Positions 62,206 through 64,000 of a stretch of DNA of 64,000 bases are shown piece after piece; the stretch's first letter is position 1; each line of letters starts with the position of its first letter. The notes under the pieces are model-generated. The model was not told where the DNA came from, made no database searches, and worked only from the letters and a program-made list of their open reading frames with translations. A program made the position numbers and the translations under genes. The stretch is from a virus. The stretch is from IMG/VR virus record IMGVR_UViG_2565956771_000001, positions 24 through 64,023 of that record. One strand, given 5' to 3'.

Positions 62206-62537
62206 GGCGACGGTTCCACGGACGGGATGTCGAGGCGGTAATCGCCGACCAGCTCACCAGCGTCGTGAGGTTGAGCACGGGAGGGCGACAGATAGTTCTG
62301 CATTCCTTGGCGAATGCGTTGGATGTCCTGAGACAGGCGGGGATAGTCGAAGCGATAGCGTTCGTTTGGTTCGGAGGTCCTGGCTACCTTAGCTTGCGCC
62401 GCAAGGCGCTCAATAGTGTCGACCTGCTGCTGAACTAGGCTGAGCTGCTCGCGCTCATGAGCAGATGCGGCATAGCCGCCGCTATGGAACGTCATCAATA
62501 TGAGCAGTAGGCAGATTCGGAAAAATGTAGTCGGCAT
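62202..62537 (-). CDS. RAQPRD-family ICE protein
   Basis: RYRFDYPRL...YLSPSRAQPHD. Confidence 0.85.
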   Translation of the reverse strand: MPTTFFRICLLLILMTFHSGGYAASAHEREQLSLVQQQVDTIERLAAQAKVARTSEPNERYRFDYPRLSQDIQRIRQGMQNYLSPSRAQPHDAGELVGDYRLDIPSVEPSP

Positions 62538-62836
62538 GTGGATAGCCCATTTGGAGATGGGGCCAGCATTCAACTAACGTCCAGGACTCAGCAGTAAGAA
62601 ACACGAAACACGCTGCGTCATTTTATTTCGATACAGTCTCTGATCGTGGAGCGAGTTCGAACACCGTATCGAGAGCTACGAAACGCGGAAAAATGACACG
62701 ATTGGACCGCAAGTACAGCATTGGTTACTCATGAAAAACGATTAGTAGCCGTTAACTTTTGATTCCGCTAACAGCATTGTTAGCGGGGCGCAGATAAGCG
62801 CGGACGAAATCAGTTAACGAAGAGTGATAGCAGAGA

Positions 62837-63418
62837 GTGAACATCCAACAAGCAATTCGGCGGTACCGTATTCGACAGGCCGTGGGCTTCTCCTTGATGG
62901 TCTTCGGGGGGCTATTTTATTTGGTTTCATCGTTGATTTTTCTGCACCATCAAGCAGAGACTCTCGCGAGCACAAAATTTTTTGGGCATTTGGGAGGGGT
63001 TGTGCAAAATTTAGTAGCCGATGTTTACCAGGTCACATCACCCTACATCGGTTTTGTATGGGAGCACGCGCCTACCCTCAGCCAGGAAAACCCGCTCAGC
63101 TATGGAAATTTGCTGTTTTTCGGTTTGCTGGGTGTGATGATTATTGGAAAGCAAATTCTCCTTTCCGCTAGCCAACTCAAGAGGCGTGTTCAGGTTCAAT
63201 TCGAACGTCTTGAGGAAGCTCAGTGGCGCAACTCGATGCAAAATGGAGCAGCCACCCAAGTCAACGCAAATCAGATCGGGCAGATCAATTTTTATCAGCA
63301 GTCTATGCCGCCGTCCCCTAGCGGTGATTGGTGGCAGCGGCCGTTGGGTATTGTTGGTTTGTCTATTATTGGCGGTTATGTCGTCGCGATTTTGGCTAAA
63401 TTCACCGGAATGGTTTAA
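62837..63418 (+). CDS. Membrane protein, weakly YniB-like, inserted antisense to the transfer operon
   Basis: MNIQQA...TM...FVWEHAP...TM...LSASQLKRR; three hydrophobic segments. Confidence 0.55.
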   Translation: MNIQQAIRRYRIRQAVGFSLMVFGGLFYLVSSLIFLHHQAETLASTKFFGHLGGVVQNLVADVYQVTSPYIGFVWEHAPTLSQENPLSYGNLLFFGLLGVMIIGKQILLSASQLKRRVQVQFERLEEAQWRNSMQNGAATQVNANQIGQINFYQQSMPPSPSGDWWQRPLGIVGLSIIGGYVVAILAKFTGMV

Positions 63419-63438
63419 CACGTCAGCGTTACATTTTA

Positions 63439-64000
63439 TTAAATGTATTTTTTAAACGTCGCCGCGGTGATGGCTGTCGTTATTCCGAGCATCATCGCGC
63501 AAGGCAAAAAGACGGCCATAGGATTGAGCGAAAAGGGCAGGGACAGATACATGATCCAGGGTACGAGCAGCAGGGGTATCACTGCTCGTTTAGCTCGGTG
63601 ATAGACAAAACTGCTTTCTCGCCCGGCTCCAAACTTGCGCAGGTCGCGGCGCATCAAACCATCGACAAAACCGGTGAACGAGGCCAACAAAAATAGCGGT
63701 GTGGCCAGAGCCAAGATGGTTAGGCGCACTACGAAGGTAAAGGTCACATACACCGCCGCCAGTACGAAATCCTCAATGCTCACGTAGAGCTGATTCGCCC
63801 AGCTCCAGAAGCCATTGCCCTGGCCCGAAACCCGCGCCTGCCGGGCAAAATCCTCAAAGCCAGTCTTGACCAGCAGCCACTGATTGAGGAGCTCCAGCCA
63901 CTGGACAATTGTTTTCCCAGGCTGTTGGATGAGAAGTGAAGCTTTGAAGTGCTCGCTGAGCCAGCCCAACTCACTGGTTAGCATAGCCTGACTATGCCGC
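63439..64000 (-). CDS. ICE membrane protein (TIGR03747/PFL_4697), 5' end off the window
   Basis: DGLMRRDLRKFGAGRESSFVYHRAK; ATFKKYI. Confidence 0.88.
   Translation of the reverse strand, partial: RHSQAMLTSELGWLSEHFKASLLIQQPGKTIVQWLELLNQWLLVKTGFEDFARQARVSGQGNGFWSWANQLYVSIEDFVLAAVYVTFTFVVRLTILALATPLFLLASFTGFVDGLMRRDLRKFGAGRESSFVYHRAKRAVIPLLLVPWIMYLSLPFSLNPMAVFLPCAMMLGITTAITAATFKKYI

Larger units (their letters stand above)
33561..64000. mobile_element. PFGI-1/ICEclc/pKLC102-family ICE (partial, continues to the right) with att-proximal defence cargo
   Basis: MobH relaxase, ArdC, TraG_N, TraU-like, VirB4, PFL_47xx genes and a RAQPRD-family gene in the family-typical order; the left boundary is inferred. 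Confidence 0.85.

Noticed and set aside
114-64000. DGR template repeat or reverse transcriptase within the window
   Set aside because: I saw no AAC-rich copy of positions 1-113 and no YxDD RT ORF; an exhaustive alignment was not run.

Overview
Pseudomonas-type chromosomal window holding two adjacent mobile elements. (1) 1-33560: most of a lambdoid (HK97-type head, lambda-type tail) prophage, from the early-left operon through cI/cro, replication, Q, holin, packaging, head, tail, endolysin and spanins to an attR made of the 3' half of tRNA-Pro(GGG). Its leftmost, truncated gene ends in a sequence that looks like the variable repeat of a diversity-generating retroelement target. (2) 33561-64000: a PFGI-1/ICEclc-type integrative conjugative element (MobH relaxase, ArdC, TraG, VirB4 and PFL_47xx-type transfer genes, continuing past the right edge). 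Its att-proximal end carries a 10-kb defence-like island of two convergent gene sets. On the + strand: an NDT/TIR-like P-loop ATPase, an NDT-TPR protein, a TIR protein and a SLATT membrane protein. On the - strand: PfkB-NDT, a TIR-TGT fusion, an OGG-like glycosylase, a QueC-like enzyme and a TIR protein starting M-G-G-S-S-T-G-G. The best novelty candidate is this - strand operon. It has the QueC/TGT/OGG trio known from type IV CBASS but no cyclase; a glycine-tailed TIR takes its place, suggesting a Thoeris-like TIR signalling system controlled by deazaguanylation. All family assignments come from motif recognition by eye. No searches or GC computations were run.
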